A DNA stretch of 64,000 bases from Chiloscyllium plagiosum (GCF_004010195.1 NC_057717.1:69451573-69515572), one strand, 5' to 3'. Shown: positions 50,087-63,912, counted from the stretch's first letter. Numbers and translations are program-made. The notes: a model not told the origin generated them from the letters alone.

Positions 50087-50376
50087 TTAAGGGTGCTCGG
50101 TATGTCCCACCACACAGGAGTAAGAAGCACCGCTGGCCCACTCCTCCGCTGTAATGGATAACAGGTTGTACATGAAGAAGGAGGTGTTCTCGCTCTCCGC
50201 CATCACCTCGGTGTTCTTGTAGTTACTGGGATTCACCGGCTTGTCATTGTTTATCCATTTGATGAAGTTCTCTCGGGGGTAGAAGCCTTTCACTAAACAG
50301 GTGAGAAACCTCTGAGCGGAAACGTCTTCTGTGGGTGGCAGTAGGATAGATACTGATGGCTCCAGTAGCTTTTCTC
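50087..50376 (-). pseudogene. IGHM: IgM CH4 exon (- cluster), 3'-truncated, no secretory tailpiece
   Basis: TGCAG acceptor; [40 protein letters not shown]...[15 protein letters not shown], then unrelated TEHP*. Confidence 0.92.
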
Positions 50377-51033
50377 CTGCAGAATTTTATGAAACCAATA
50401 TAAATCAACTATAAAAATCCAGAATCAACATTGCAATTTCACTACATATTAAAATATGTCAGTTTTGTTTTTAAATTTGGGCTTTATACACTCTTATTTT
50501 CTAAACCAGCAGAATAATATCCATTCTGTTCACTAAGAGTAAAGAGTTTAATTCGAAAGTCGACTCCATGTTTCTAACCCACAACTAAGACATCCTGTAC
50601 ATTTGTCATTGCTCATGTTAAAAACACAAACCAGGTTTCTTCCCACTTTATTTGACTTATAATCATGAAAGATCACCTTTGGTCCATTCTGTTCTCAATC
50701 AGATATTTAGCTATCCTGCCATCAGACAGGATAGCCAACATACCATGAGATGTTATTACTCCTGTCAAATTTGGAGTAGATGTAAAAACTAAACCGTGAA
50801 TTCTTTAGTAGAACAAAGACTAAACAAATACGAGTGTCTTAAATTATTCTACCAACTTGATGGAAATTTGCGCGAGTATTATTCAGACTTCCACTGCTCA
50901 CTGCAAGAACATTTCCATCCTCACCTGGGCTTTCATGGTCCCAAAGTTATTTGGAGCCAATCTAAGCATGCCATGTGTGTAACTGGATCTAGATTACACA
51001 TGGAATACTTTGTTCTTTCCTCTCACCGCTCAC

Positions 51034-51342
51034 CATTTCCCTTGCGGATGGAGTCTCTCAGAGGAGTCGGTAGATACGGATGGTTCACCACACATTCAAA
51101 ACTAGCGTGACCCAGCCAGGTTTGAGTAGAAATGCTCAATTTGCTGATCACGCTGTCGGTATCTTCTCCAGGCTGGTTAGCAATCTTTGATTTCAGAGTC
51201 TTCTTTTCTTGTGATCAGGTGACATTGACTCCAGAAGGAAGATTGGGCACAACACAGGTTAATGCCACCGTCGCCTCCAGTAAGAAATGTTCTACTGGCG
51301 GTGGTAGAATTTTAACTGTGTAATCGTGGCACTCATTAACTC
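51034..51342 (-). pseudogene. IGHM: IgM CH3 exon (- cluster) with nonsense mutation
   Basis: 309-bp paralog of 42792-43100; the conserved Trp codon TGG has become TGA at 51215-51217. Confidence 0.92.
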
Positions 51343-52157
51343 CTATGAAACAAAAATCAAATCAATGAAAAATGCCTCTTTGGAATCAAAACACCGAGCC
51401 TTCAGGCTACTCCCACATGAAGTGAAGAAACCACTTTGAAATGACAGCTTCCAACTATTGCTGAACTAATGGTTCCTGTTGTTTATATATTTTGATTTGT
51501 GAAAACATTTGTTATTATCTATAACATGCTCCGTGTAATCATTCATAAAGGACACTGGCTTTGTAACAAGTGAAACCTGTGAAAAAGTAAAATCAAAGAT
51601 ACCATGGCGTAACACATGGAATTACCTTCCTTCCAGAGTTCTTCTCTCACTTACGACCATCCATTGATACTTGTGACAAGAGTAATCTGAATATAACGAC
51701 TTCATTTCTATGTTCATGAAACTTACTTGCAAATGTTGCTGGGCATTCTGAATGCCAAATTACATCCCCAATTTTGGGCAAACTGTAATCATACTTATTG
51801 TCTTTGTTCTCATGTATTTGCAGAGGATATAAGGTGTTACGGGGCAGTGATCAGTCACAGAAATTCTATTGAATATGTTTAATGTTATTGAAAATAATTG
51901 ACATTATTGGTGTGAGATCATTCTCTAAAACATACCATGGGATGTTATTACTCCTGTCAAATTTGGAGTAGATGTAAAAACAAAACAGTGAATTCCTTAG
52001 TAGAACAAAGACTAAACAAATACGAGTGTCTTAAATTATTCTACCAACTTGATGGAAATTTGCGCGAGTATTATTCAGACTTCCACTGCTCACTGCAAGA
52101 ACATTTCCATCCTCACCTGGGCTCAATCAGCCTGACTCAAATTCCGAGATCGTTCAG

Positions 52158-52285
52158 GGCTTATGCCCGAAACGTCGATTCTCCTGTTCCCTGGATGCTG
52201 CCTGACCTGCAGCGCTTTTCCAGCAACACATTTCCAGCTCTGATCTCCAGCATCTGCAGACCTCACTTTCTCCATCCCTACTGTA
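52158..52285 (+). mobile_element. PLE terminal-repeat mini-insertion, specific to the - IgM copy
   Basis: Absent at the paralogous site ~41965-41990 (GGTAAGGCGATGAACGATCT). Confidence 0.85.
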
Positions 52286-53309
52286 GCCTTACCACTAGAA
52301 TGTATTCTCCTGCCACATCCACTAATTGCGGAGAGTATCTTAAAGAGGCTCAATTAGGTCATGTTTATCCAGATTAATCAAATGTGATAACAACTTGGTC
52401 TGCGGCCTGGTCCCATGAATGAAGTTGAAGAGCTCAGTACCAGATAAAATCTATGACGTACAATGCCCAAGGACAACAGGTCATTCCTGAACTTGAAATG
52501 AAGCACTGAACACATTTTGAGTTATTTTGAAAAAAAGGTCGCTGCACATTTTACCATGTCATTTTGAGACCACAAGATAGTAAGATAAAGGTGCAGAATG
52601 AGGCAGTTCGGCCAATCGAGTCTGCCCTGCCATTCGATCATGGCTGGTATGTTCTTCTACCCTATTCTCCAGCCTTCTCCATGTACTAACCGATCTATCG
52701 CCACCTTAAATACAGTCACTGACTTGGCCTCCATAACCCTCTGCAACAATGAATTCCACACATGCACCACCCTCTGGCTGAAGAAATTCTTCCCCATCTC
52801 AGTGCCAAATGGTGCACCCTTTGACTCCGAGGATATGCCCTCATGTCCTACTCTAGCCTACTGGCCAAAACATTTACTCCACGTTCATCCAATCTCGGCC
52901 TCTCAGCATGTTCTATGTTTCAACGAAATACCTCTCTGACCCTGCACCGGCCCCCACAAGACACGCACCCCTCCCCCACCCCAACCCCTTTATCCTTAAG
53001 CAAGTCACCAGGTATGGATTCGGCACTCTGCCTCTCCAAATGTAGTCAGCCAACAAACTACTTTAAAAAAGACTGTTAATCCAGCTCACTGTCTATATGT
53101 CTTCAATATAGAGGGAAACATGCTTTTCTGATTTGACATAATGTTGAATTATGAGCAATGCCAATGTAACACTCAAACTGAAATACATGACACGTTTGTG
53201 AATGGGATGCTGTACACCTTAGTGCTGTTCACTAAATTTGATCAATGTGTGTATCAGATTCACATCGGAGATCAAAATGATTTCTAGTTCTCTCGTATGT
53301 ATGTCTTAC

Positions 53310-53617
53310 CCTGGGGTGTGGTGATGTTTTGACTTTGTGTGTTTAGTCCATGAGTGGTCTGGCATGTATACACTGCGCTGTTGAACCATTCACCATAAGG
53401 GACTGTCAGCCGACTCATCACCGAGAGGTTCCCATCCGCCTCACACACAGGAGACGTGAAGACAACAGAATCCACGGATTGGCCATTTTTCAACCATGTC
53501 ACGGAGATTACCTTCGGATGGAAATCAATGATTGAACACATGATGTTGCAAACTTGCTGCTTGCGATTTCTTCATTGGGACTCACGGTGAGAAGAAGAGT
53601 TGGCAGGAGAAATGGGC
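53310..53617 (-). pseudogene. IGHM: IgM CH2 exon (- cluster), 1-bp deletion
   Basis: 308 bp; GCAACATC versus GCAACCATC in the + copy; donor GTAAG intact. Confidence 0.92.
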
Positions 53618-55678
53618 CTTTATGAAAAACATTGCATAAATTATCTGACAAATTTGATAACAAATACATTCAGTTCTATTATAACCAAGTTTTTTTATGG
53701 CTAATAGATACTAACCTTATTATTACAAGTATCATAATTATGCAGAGTGTTATAGAAGCTGAGATCAACACAGTACGATTAGCAGGACGATGTGATGACA
53801 ATGTAATGCTAAAATTACAGGTCACAGCAAGGAAGTCAAGAAGGCACAGAAATGATAGGCCAGTTAAATCAGAGGGTGAGATAGTAATGTTGGATGGTAT
53901 TTATTTCATAGAAAGGAGCATGATAAACAAGACAAATGAGTTAACGGCATAAAGGAGGAAGTTTTGATATCATGGAGACATGTTGAGAGAGGGGGAGGAG
54001 TGGCAGTTCAATATTCCAAATATAATGCCTTCAAGCGAGGCACGAAAAAATGTAGAAGGGCGGTAAAAATTGTTGATGTTCACCAGTGTGAGGGAATATG
54101 TGGGTATCGAAAACATGGAGAATTGTTGAGATTTTTTTTCAGGAATTTGGATAGATGATGTGATGTGCTGTCTTGCTGGATGAAAAATAGTTATATTTCC
54201 AGGGCAGATAAAATGTATGCCAGGTAAAGGATGAAATAGTGGGTCGCTGGCAATAATTTATAATTCCTGGCCAGAGGGGATATGGCAAAACTGCCAATGT
54301 GGTATTGTTATGCAGGACAGATGAAGGGAAAAACAATGAAACCACATGCTCGGCTCAAGCTAGACTCAGTAGTAGGGAAGACATTGTAACTATGGAGAGG
54401 CGAATTAACCTTCATCTGGAAGAGTAATCAACAATTCTCAGCACGAATATATTGAGAGGAAGTCATGTCTGAGCAATTTGATGGTAGTTTTCGCAGAAAT
54501 AAGTCGATGTCCAGATGATAGTAAAGATCAGAGCCAGGTGAGACCAAGTCAATTTGACGAATTGAATCCTGAGGTAGCTGAGTGGCGGAGTGCAGAGGAT
54601 AATGGCCATAGGATGTTTGAGTGGCTGGAGGTATATGTCTAGTGCTGTTCTGCAGGATTCAGTGTTGATTTATTGATGTCTCTATTATGTTAAAGTGATT
54701 TAGAATATACTGCAGGAGATTTGGCTAGTAAGTTCACAGATGAAGCGAAAATTGCCGTGTTTGCAGGTTCTGACCATGATAGCTTTAGATTGCAGCAAGA
54801 TACAGACGGGTTGGCCACTTGTACTGAGAAATGGCAAATTGAAATCATTCTGGATAAGTCTAAGGTGATGCACTTGGTCAGAAGAAACTAAGAGATATTA
54901 TGTTTTGAATGGTGGAACCCTGAAAAGGATTTCATGCTCATCGATCCCTTAGAGTAATGTGGCAGGGGGATAAAAAGGCTAAGAATGTGTGAAGAGTATT
55001 TGCTTTTATGAGCCAAGACATTTACATTAGGTGTTGGGAGATGATACTGGAAATTAATGAAATACTGGTTAAGCCAGACATGAAGCATCGTGTGTAGTAT
55101 AGGACTGCATGTTATGGAAGGAATGTGATTAGACAGAAGGCAGCATTGTTGAGATATTCCAGGATTTTTCCTGGGCTTGAAGTCTTTAAGTATGAAATGT
55201 GATTCACCAAAATGGGGTTTTTCTTGGAGCAGAGAAGATTGAGAGAGAAGATGATTGTGATGTCTGGAATTATAGTAGACATACACAGAGTAAACAGAAC
55301 AAAACATTTTCCCTTAATGGATGGAGCAATGTCTCAAGGGCATAGGGTTAAGGTCAGGACAGGAGGATATCGGGTAAAACAAAATCACACAGAGGTTGTG
55401 AATTTGTAGCTCAGTGCCAGTAAGTCATATCGAGGCTGAGCCCCGCATAATATGTGAGAAATATTTAGATGCATATAAGAAATGCCAAGTCACACAAAGC
55501 AATGGATCAATTGCGGACATATTGAACTGGAATAGTTAGGGATTGGCTTGGACTGGATGGGCCGAATGACCTTTTCCTGTGCTGTATATCTCTATGGCTA
55601 TGTCAAATGTATTATAACCAATGCCCTATTCATGTTAACCACAGATGTACTGTTCACCTCAGTTCCCACAAGACTTAC

Positions 55679-55946
55679 ATGTCATTCCAGTGCTCTGCTT
55701 TGACCCGCTGTGTTGAACCTCACAGGAGATTTTGCTGCAATCCGCTTCTGATTCAGGCAAGGTTAACTGGCTGCTCAGGGTGTAACTTCCCTTCTTGTTT
55801 CTCACGGATGGATAAGTCTTCAATGCAGTCGTGATTGCCTGCCCACCTTCCTTCCACGTCACCACAACCAACGATCACAGAACCGTCGGCGTTGTGTTGC
55901 TGACAGGAGGAGACAAGTCCATAAAGTGTGGGGGTAGATGCAGTCT
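55679..55946 (-). pseudogene. IGHM: IgM CH1 exon (- cluster), shared frameshift deletion plus dead acceptor
   Basis: 268 bp with the same GGTTGT|GGTGACGTGG junction as the + copy; acceptor CCTAG has become CCTTG. Confidence 0.92.
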
Positions 55947-58900
55947 CAAGGATAGAATGATCAATTGAGCAAGTTACTTTCTGTTAATTCGACCTTATTG
56001 GTTACCTAAATGTTTCCTCAGCTGTGAATGTATGCCAGTGTGTTCCTGCTAAAATCTTCAGCATACCTTAAGTTTAGTTTTGTTTCCAATCAGTCGTTGA
56101 TCATGATCTATTGGTTCCCTCGTCAGAAACATGCCCTCGACCTTGACCATTACGATATAACTTAGAAATACGAACACCCTGATCCCACGAAAAGTAACTG
56201 TTAGAAAATCTCACCAACTAACACTTGCATTGGATTGCAGGTGACGAGCATAGTCGTTTCACAAAATGCAAACCAAGAAAACGTGGAAGTTGGAATTGGA
56301 AATAAAAACCGAAGTTGCTGGAGAAACCCAACAACTGGCAGCATCAGTGGAGAGAAAGCAGAGTGAACGTTTCGAGTCCAGTATCCCTTCCTCACTTATC
56401 AATGTCAGTCAGAATCTCCTCTCTGTGAAGAAGGCAGTTGCAGGGCACTGGGACTGAGAGAATGTCTGTCACAGCTGATATCATGCCAATTATCTGGAAG
56501 CTCAATGATCGACTTGACAATTATCTGAATTTTGGAGGCCTCTGAAACATAGAGGACCATTAAGGTTCAGAGACTTTGGAGTGCGACAGCTAGCTGAACT
56601 GAGCATTTATGTGAATATGATTCGAGAAATGAACAAGTACTCTTACTTCAATAACTATTAAACTTACAAGCAGTTAATGGTAAATCTCTAATCTCTCAGA
56701 CTAAACACTGCTCTGACTCTCTCTCTCAACCTCAATTTCCACTCACATTGACCACCCCGACACCGTGACACGCTCATTCACCCTCGGAACACATGACCTT
56801 CATCGCAAGAGATAACACACATTCAAGGCAATCCATATTCCGGACGACAATGTAATCTCGATTCCTTTCACTCAATTCCACTCCTGCTACACTGTACCTG
56901 GTCCTTGGTGAATCTAGTCCTGACATTAGACTTTTCACAACCCCTGACTGGATGCCACTCCCCCAAATATGACCTCAGACCTTCACCATTGACCTCTCAT
57001 TTTACCCAAGTCAACCTGTGCACATTGAATCCTAGCTCTGTTCCCATCTGCCCTTAGCCACACTCCGAGCTTTACATTTTGACATCATATCACTTGTCAC
57101 ATCAGTACAGTAACCTTCTGTCACCGAAACAGCCCAGCACTCTGCTAAGCCGATCAACTAAACTTCCCGACACCCTGCCCACCTCTCAACTAACCAGCCC
57201 GGCAGCCTGCCCACTTCTCAGCTAACCAGTCCGACACACTGCACATCTCGCAACTAACCAGTCCGACACTCTGCCAACCTCTCAACTAACCAGTCTGACG
57301 TCTTGCCAATGTCTGAACTAACCAGTCTGACACCCTGTCTACCACTCAACTAACCAACATGACTCCCTCCTCACCTCACAACTGACCAGCCCTACGCCCT
57401 GTTGGCCTCTCAACAAATTGGCCTGGCACCCTGCACACCTCCAACTAACCAGCCCCACACCCTCCTCAGCTCTCAACTATCCAGCCCTGCAGACTGCTGG
57501 CCACTCAATTAACCATCTTGGCACGAGGGAGACACCCTGCATTGCTGCTCAAACGACCCCTCACATACAAAGCACAATATGACCAAGTTATTTCCTTGTG
57601 ACCATTATGATTTGCTTTGATGCCACCCTGCCAGACTAGGTGCATGCAAGCTCACACAGCAGCCACCCAACACGTCACGGCCTATCAGCTCAAAATCTAC
57701 CACATCACCAATCTACCTCCTCACTAGATCACTAGCTTCCAACTTTCAGTCTACTCCACCATAAAGTCAGAGATTTAGAGAGTCATGCAACACAGAAACA
57801 GGCCGTTCGGCCCAGCTCGTCCATGACAACCAGGGTTCCCAAATTAAACAAATTCTCTTAGCCGGCATTTGTCCCATATTTATCCAGATCTATTCAGTTC
57901 CTGTACCTGTCCAAATGTCTTGTAAATTTTGTAACTGGATATGCATTTGCCACTTCCTCCGGCAGTTCATTCCAATGTCAGGTACAGTTGCAACACAAAC
58001 TCCCAACCTTTATACTCAATGTTCTGTGCAATGAGAACACATTTTGCAAACACATTCTTCAACACGCCTGCTACTTGAGACACCACTTTCAACAATATAT
58101 GTATCTGATCCCTCAGGTCCCTATGTTCGACAAAACTACCCATTGCCATATCATTAACTCTGTACTAATCTATGTATCTGAATCCCCAGGTGCTTCCGTT
58201 CGACATCACGACCCAGTGCACTACCATTCACTTTAAGTTGTTTCCTGATTTCTGTTCCCAAAATGCAATGAGTCATATTCAGTTGAAACTGAACTCTATC
58301 TGCCCCTCCTCTGCCCAATGGCGCAGCTGATCATGGTCTCGTTGTACTTTTAGATAACTTTTATTGTCAATTATAGAACCAATTTTGCTGTTATGTGAAA
58401 ACTTAACAATCATGCCCCATTCAATGGTTTCAAAATTTTCAACCAATATTGTACACGGTTCAACTTTTTCCCCACATACCTATTGTTTCCTTCAAAGCTT
58501 GAAAAAACTATCACCTTCTTGAAATCATTTGATGTTTTGACCTCAAACCGTTTCTGTGACAAAGAAATCCAAAGATTCATTCTTTAGTTGAACAGTACAC
58601 AAAAGGGTTCAATCTTATCGGGTGTGGGTAAGACTGTTGACTGTTCCTCCAAACATTACTACATTTTGACTTGCAATTCTTTCATTGCCCCTTCACTCTT
58701 TCTGTATCACAGCCATGGAACTCACTTCCTGACAGAGCTGTGAAAATGTTAATACCACACAAATGTCAGAAAGTCAAGGAGGCCAAAGTCGACTGATCTC
58801 TCAAGGAGATGTAAAATGCCTAACATTTCCACGCCTATCTACAGATGCAAATAACTACTAGAAAAAATGAAGATTATTCTGGCGCTTGCGTGTCCACACA

Positions 58901-61260
58901 AAGACGACGTGCTTAATAGTTTCGTTGTGTGTCGTTTTATTGTATTTCCAGTGAACTACTTCTTAATTATTTAATGGGCAAGAAGCTTTCCTCCTTTTTA
59001 GCACGGCAATCATACATTATACTTCCCTGGAATAAAGAAAATAATGTTAAATTAAAGGGATCCTACGATTTGGATGATTGAGTTGGAAATTGTCAGAAAC
59101 TTAAAACTTATTTTCACGAGCAATTAATTACAACCTAATTGTGTCACATTACGTACTTACACAAATGCCTTTCAGAAATGGTGTCTCCCTCTGTTATGTG
59201 CAGATGAATCATTAAATCGGGGATAGTTATTGCTTGTTAATCAGATGTGTTAAAGAGTTTTAGTCAAAGGTTATCTCGCAGATGTACCATGTTTTAAGTG
59301 AGTGATGGAATAGCTCGAGGGGCTGAGTGTTTTACTCCTAATCATGCCTTCCTATCATTGTGTCATGAATTCAGCTAGCAAAGATGCAGAACACTTTTTA
59401 CTAAAATATTTCAACGAATTAATTGTTGAAAATATTCTTTAAATATTCTTGTTGATTATTTGGAACAGGAGCATCGACATTCTCTATTTGAGTGGTCAGA
59501 ATAACTCCCGCCTAAGTACACTCCAAAGATGCGAAGGTCAGGTGAATTGGCCATGCTAAATGGCACGTGGTGTTCAGGGATATGTAATTTAGATTTATTC
59601 ATTCGCGTTAAATGTATGGTCTATAGGGTAGGGGAATGGGTCTGGGTGGGTTACTATTCAAAGGGTAGGTATGGACTTGTTGGGACAAATGGCCTGTTTC
59701 TACACTGTAGAGATTCTATAATTCTATACAGCAGCCATTGCCCTCTGGAACAGGTTGTTATTTCATCATACAGTTTCTTCTGAAATTATGGCTCTACATG
59801 AGATCACTCACTTTCAACGATGACCTGGTATTAAATATTTCTGACAATTCACAATTTGGTAAAATATATTTTCTCTCTGAATAACTTGTTTCATATAAAG
59901 GACTTCTTTTTTTAAATGAAACAACAAACTTTGAATGCTAGAAATCCGAAATAAAAACAGAATTCTCTGAAGAAAAGCGGCAGGTCTGGCAGTTCCTGTG
60001 CAGAGAAAGGAAGCTTATCATTTCAAGTGCAGTGATCCGCCTTCAGCAAAATGTTTTCATATTTTCTCGAACGAGAACTCATTCCTATTGAGTTAGACAG
60101 TGATTACGTTTACCTAACTTCTGTTGGAAAAACATTATAAGAAGATGTGCTGGATGATCTGAGATATCAGTTGAAGACTAGTTGAAAAGCTACCACCAAA
60201 ATGTTGGATTCAACCAAAATCCCACTGGACTGAACAGTCAAATTCACTCACAGTAATGGTTTGATACGAACGAAAACTGCTCCAACTTAATGTCATCAAA
60301 TATGCTTTGGGAATAAGTAATTGTGGGTTAGTTATAAATGGTATTGATAGAACAGCAAGTCAAAATCCCGGATTTCTTTGAGGATTTCAGGAGATTCCTG
60401 AAGAAGGGCTTGTGCCCGTAACGTCGATTCTCCTGTTCATTGGATACTGCCTGACCTGCTGCGCTTTTCCAGCAACACATTTTCAGCTCTGATCTCCAGC
60501 ATCTGCAGTCCTCACTTTCTCCTCGAGTTACACTATTAACCCAGCTCACAATTCCCAAAAGCTTGTGAACAAATATTGATTTGAAAAAGGCTGCAAACCG
60601 CCAAACTTCTGTCTAATTCCTGAGGCCCAATTCTGGACAGCGATTAAATCGATTTCACAGGCCTCTGTGAGTGGACTTCCAATAGTACTCAAAGAACTCA
60701 ATGTGTTTTCCCCCGAATTAACCGGATAAGACATGGTATTACATTCCTCTCCAACACATTGTAAATGTACACAATTCACATGTCTCAGAGTCAGAGACAC
60801 TACGACTACATTATACCAGATCTGAACATAATCTCCGACAACACAGACCACCGGTTTGAGAGTGCACAAATTTGTTAATAATTAACCAAGGATTTCAGCA
60901 ACCAGGGATTGTTATAAAATGCTTAAACAATGAAAGTAGCATTTCAAAAATTATCCAAGAATGTTTTGATAGCAATTCCAAGTTGTTCAAGCTCTATGGG
61001 TACTGTAGAGGAATAAAACTAGGATTTGCGCTGCCATAAATTTACTGTCACTGGATTTCAACTGAGAACTCCCTTCCCCTTAACCCTGTGTATGTTGCTG
61101 CATCAGATGGTCTGCTTAGGTTGAAATAGATTAGAAGTAACATCACCTTTGCCAGTAACATTACATGCTGACAATAAGTTCTTAATAATTTTATTCTACA
61201 TTGTGCCACAAAATGTGTCACTGACAAGAGAGGCACAAAGAAATTATGCAGCATATTTCT

Positions 61261-61530
61261 CGGTGGCTCAGTGGTTTGCACTGTTGCCTCACAGTGCCGG
61301 TGGATCCAGGTTCAACTCCTGCCTGGGGCATCTGTCTGCATGGAGTTTGCACATTCTCCCAGTGCCTGGGTGACATTCCTGTGGATGCTCCGGTTTCCCC
61401 CCACAGTCCAAAGATGTGCAGGTTAGGCGATATGGATAAGCTGAATTGTCCATACTGTTCGGGGTTAATGTCGGGGAACGTGTCTGGGGGGTTGCTCAGC
61501 GCAGGTTTGGGCTTGTTGGGCCGAAGAGAA
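61261..61530 (+). mobile_element. tRNA-derived HE1-type SINE (truncated paralog at 30287-30395)
   Basis: A box GGTGGCTCAGTGG, B box GGTTCAACTCC, then TGGAGTTTGCACATTCTCCC...CCCACAGTCCAAAGATGTGCAGGTTAGG. Confidence 0.85.
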
Positions 61531-63825
61531 TCTTTAAAATCTCCGATTTTGCATTATTTATTCCCATGGTGAGTTGATGATGGATTATTTTAATTGATTC
61601 GAAATCTAGACTTGGTGACATAATCGACTATAGCAGCTGTTTCCTAATGAATGACTCTTCAGTTGATATATTGTTGTAAAATGTATCTATTTACTTAAAA
61701 CACATGGATTGGGAACATCTAAAGCGTGGCATGGATTAAATTACTCAGTTAATGTTACATTTTTTAATCCTGTAAATCTAATTTAATCAGATGTACAAGA
61801 ATTAATCATATCAAGTTAAACTGAAAAACTGATCAATTTAGTGAAATCAATTTGTTCTGCATCGAAATATTTGGAGCAGAATTTCTTAATCGTCTTTTCC
61901 AACGATCTCTTCCAGCCAGTAAACTTGTGTGTCGGGTACAGCGGAATTGAAAGGTAATTCTTGATTAATGATATCACAGTAATGGCATTTTTGCTCAATC
62001 GCAAGAAAATTAGAACATTATATTTTTGAAATTATATTTATATTTCTTGTTTCTTGTAAACTGTTTCAAGACAGACTTTGTGATTTAAGTAGAAAATTGC
62101 GTTCTGAGTTTTGAATTTAAGGTTTGGATTAGACCAGTCCTCAATTGTTACTTTCAAATAAAACTCGCGCCCTAACGTATCTGGTTTCCCTTCATTTCCA
62201 AATCCTTTGCGATTGGCCTTTCACTGAATATGAGGTTTAATGAAAGTTCAACTCCAAAGCTGATTGCATTGAATGAGGAAACTGGAGCAGTTTACTATCA
62301 ACAACCATGCAAACATTTCTAAAGCAATGTAGAAATAAAAAAGAGCTTCATCAATATATTAGCTTAATTTTACCTGAGCACATTCTCTCATCAACTGAAC
62401 AACGATTACCAAATCACAACACTGAGGATCAATGATGTGTTTGCAGCAAAACTGTCTCTTTGCAAGCATTTTCAACAGAACCAAGAACATTATGTAATCT
62501 CACAACAAATATCCCAAATTGGAAACCATCAAAACTGCTCACCATCACACAAGCGAATAATTAAATCAAATAGAAATAAAAAGTCATAACAGTTGCCATG
62601 GTTCTGGTATAACTTATTGAACAAAGCTTAAAGCTTTAACATTTTCGGCAACAAGTCAATTTGTTCTCAACCTGCATAGTATTTCTAATCATCTCAAACT
62701 TGTGCAGTGCACAGTAGAGCAGTGGAAGGCATCTATTGATTAATAGCCTTAAGGTCAAAATAAAATTAGTTCAATGGACAAACATTATAATTGAATGTTA
62801 TGATAAGTTAGTCTCAATTATGAAATCTGATGAATTCGGTAGCTTAAGATTTTAGTCCCAAATTTTATTTTGAATGAGGCTACTCAAAACAGACTTTAAC
62901 TAGTTTAAAATGAGAACTGAGATTGTGTATATAAAAAAAGCTCTAAAAAGTCGTCGTTTTTTTTTTCATTTCTCACACTTCCGTGTTTCTGCCTTAAGTT
63001 GGTCTTCACACAGTTACAAACGAATATAGTGTTTTCAATCAATCAGAAAAAATATTGCCCCGCGTTTAACAAATGCAGAAACGATTCGGTTCAAACAAAG
63101 AACTTCTCAGATATTCGTAATTGAGAGTCATCCAGAGAGACAATCTCTTTTGCTGATAGAAAACACCGATTATTGAAAGCATGAAAGCGCAGTTCAATTC
63201 CACAAGATGAATCAACTCATTTCAACACAATCAAATAAAGCAAAGTCAGAACCCAATCAACTTTTCAACAGAAGCAAAGAAAACACATGCAGCATCCAAT
63301 CAAAAGAATGAAATGCAGCACCGCAAGAAGATTCCATGACAGTATCCAACGTGCTTGTCATCAACAAAATTAACAATTCAAATGACAAAATGCAATCATG
63401 GTAAGAGCATTATGCACCCAGGGAATATATTCAATAAATTAACATTTTTTCATCCTGTTTAGTGATATTTCCAACATCTTTAAGTTCTTGGCATTTGTTG
63501 TCGAGAATAAAACTCACAGATAGTGGGTGTCACTAAACTTTGCTTAAACCTGACTGATTGAGAGACTTTAGGTGTTTCAAGTAATCAGCCACACAGAATG
63601 CCCATCTGATTTAAAAAAAAATATATACACTGAGCATCTGAATCCGCCACCACGACTTCAGTCATTTTCTGAGACTTAATGTAAGTCCATTGTCAGTTTT
63701 AACAAAAATCAAACTGAAGCAAACCAAGCTCAGCACAGGATCTAAGTTTCATTTAATTCAGGAATTATTCACATGAATGGAACGCTAGCAAAAAATAAAG
63801 TCACTGAGAAAGTTCACATTCTTAC

Positions 63826-63873
63826 CTGAAGTCACCGTCACCATGGTCCCTTGGCCCCAGTAATCAAGATAAT
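63826..63873 (-). CDS. IGHJ: IgM JH segment (YLDYWGQGTMVTVTS)
   Basis: WGxG motif; phase-1 donor GTAAG at 63821-63825 (minus strand). Confidence 0.96.
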
Positions 63874-63912
63874 CACAGCGTTACATTCTCTGGACTGGGT
63901 CACACAATAACT
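63874..63912 (-). other. JH 23-RSS
   Basis: On the + strand: CACAGCG (63874-63880), 23 bp, ACAATAACT (63904-63912). Confidence 0.9.

Larger units (their letters stand above)
50675..61359 (-). repeat. Right arm of large inverted segmental duplication
   Basis: Reverse complement of 30287-43261 with scattered substitutions and copy-specific indels. Confidence 0.95.

Noticed and set aside
29460-55946. Assignment as IgW or IgNAR
   Set aside because: The V framework, D1 core and four CH domains match shark IgM; no IgNAR V or extra C domains were seen.
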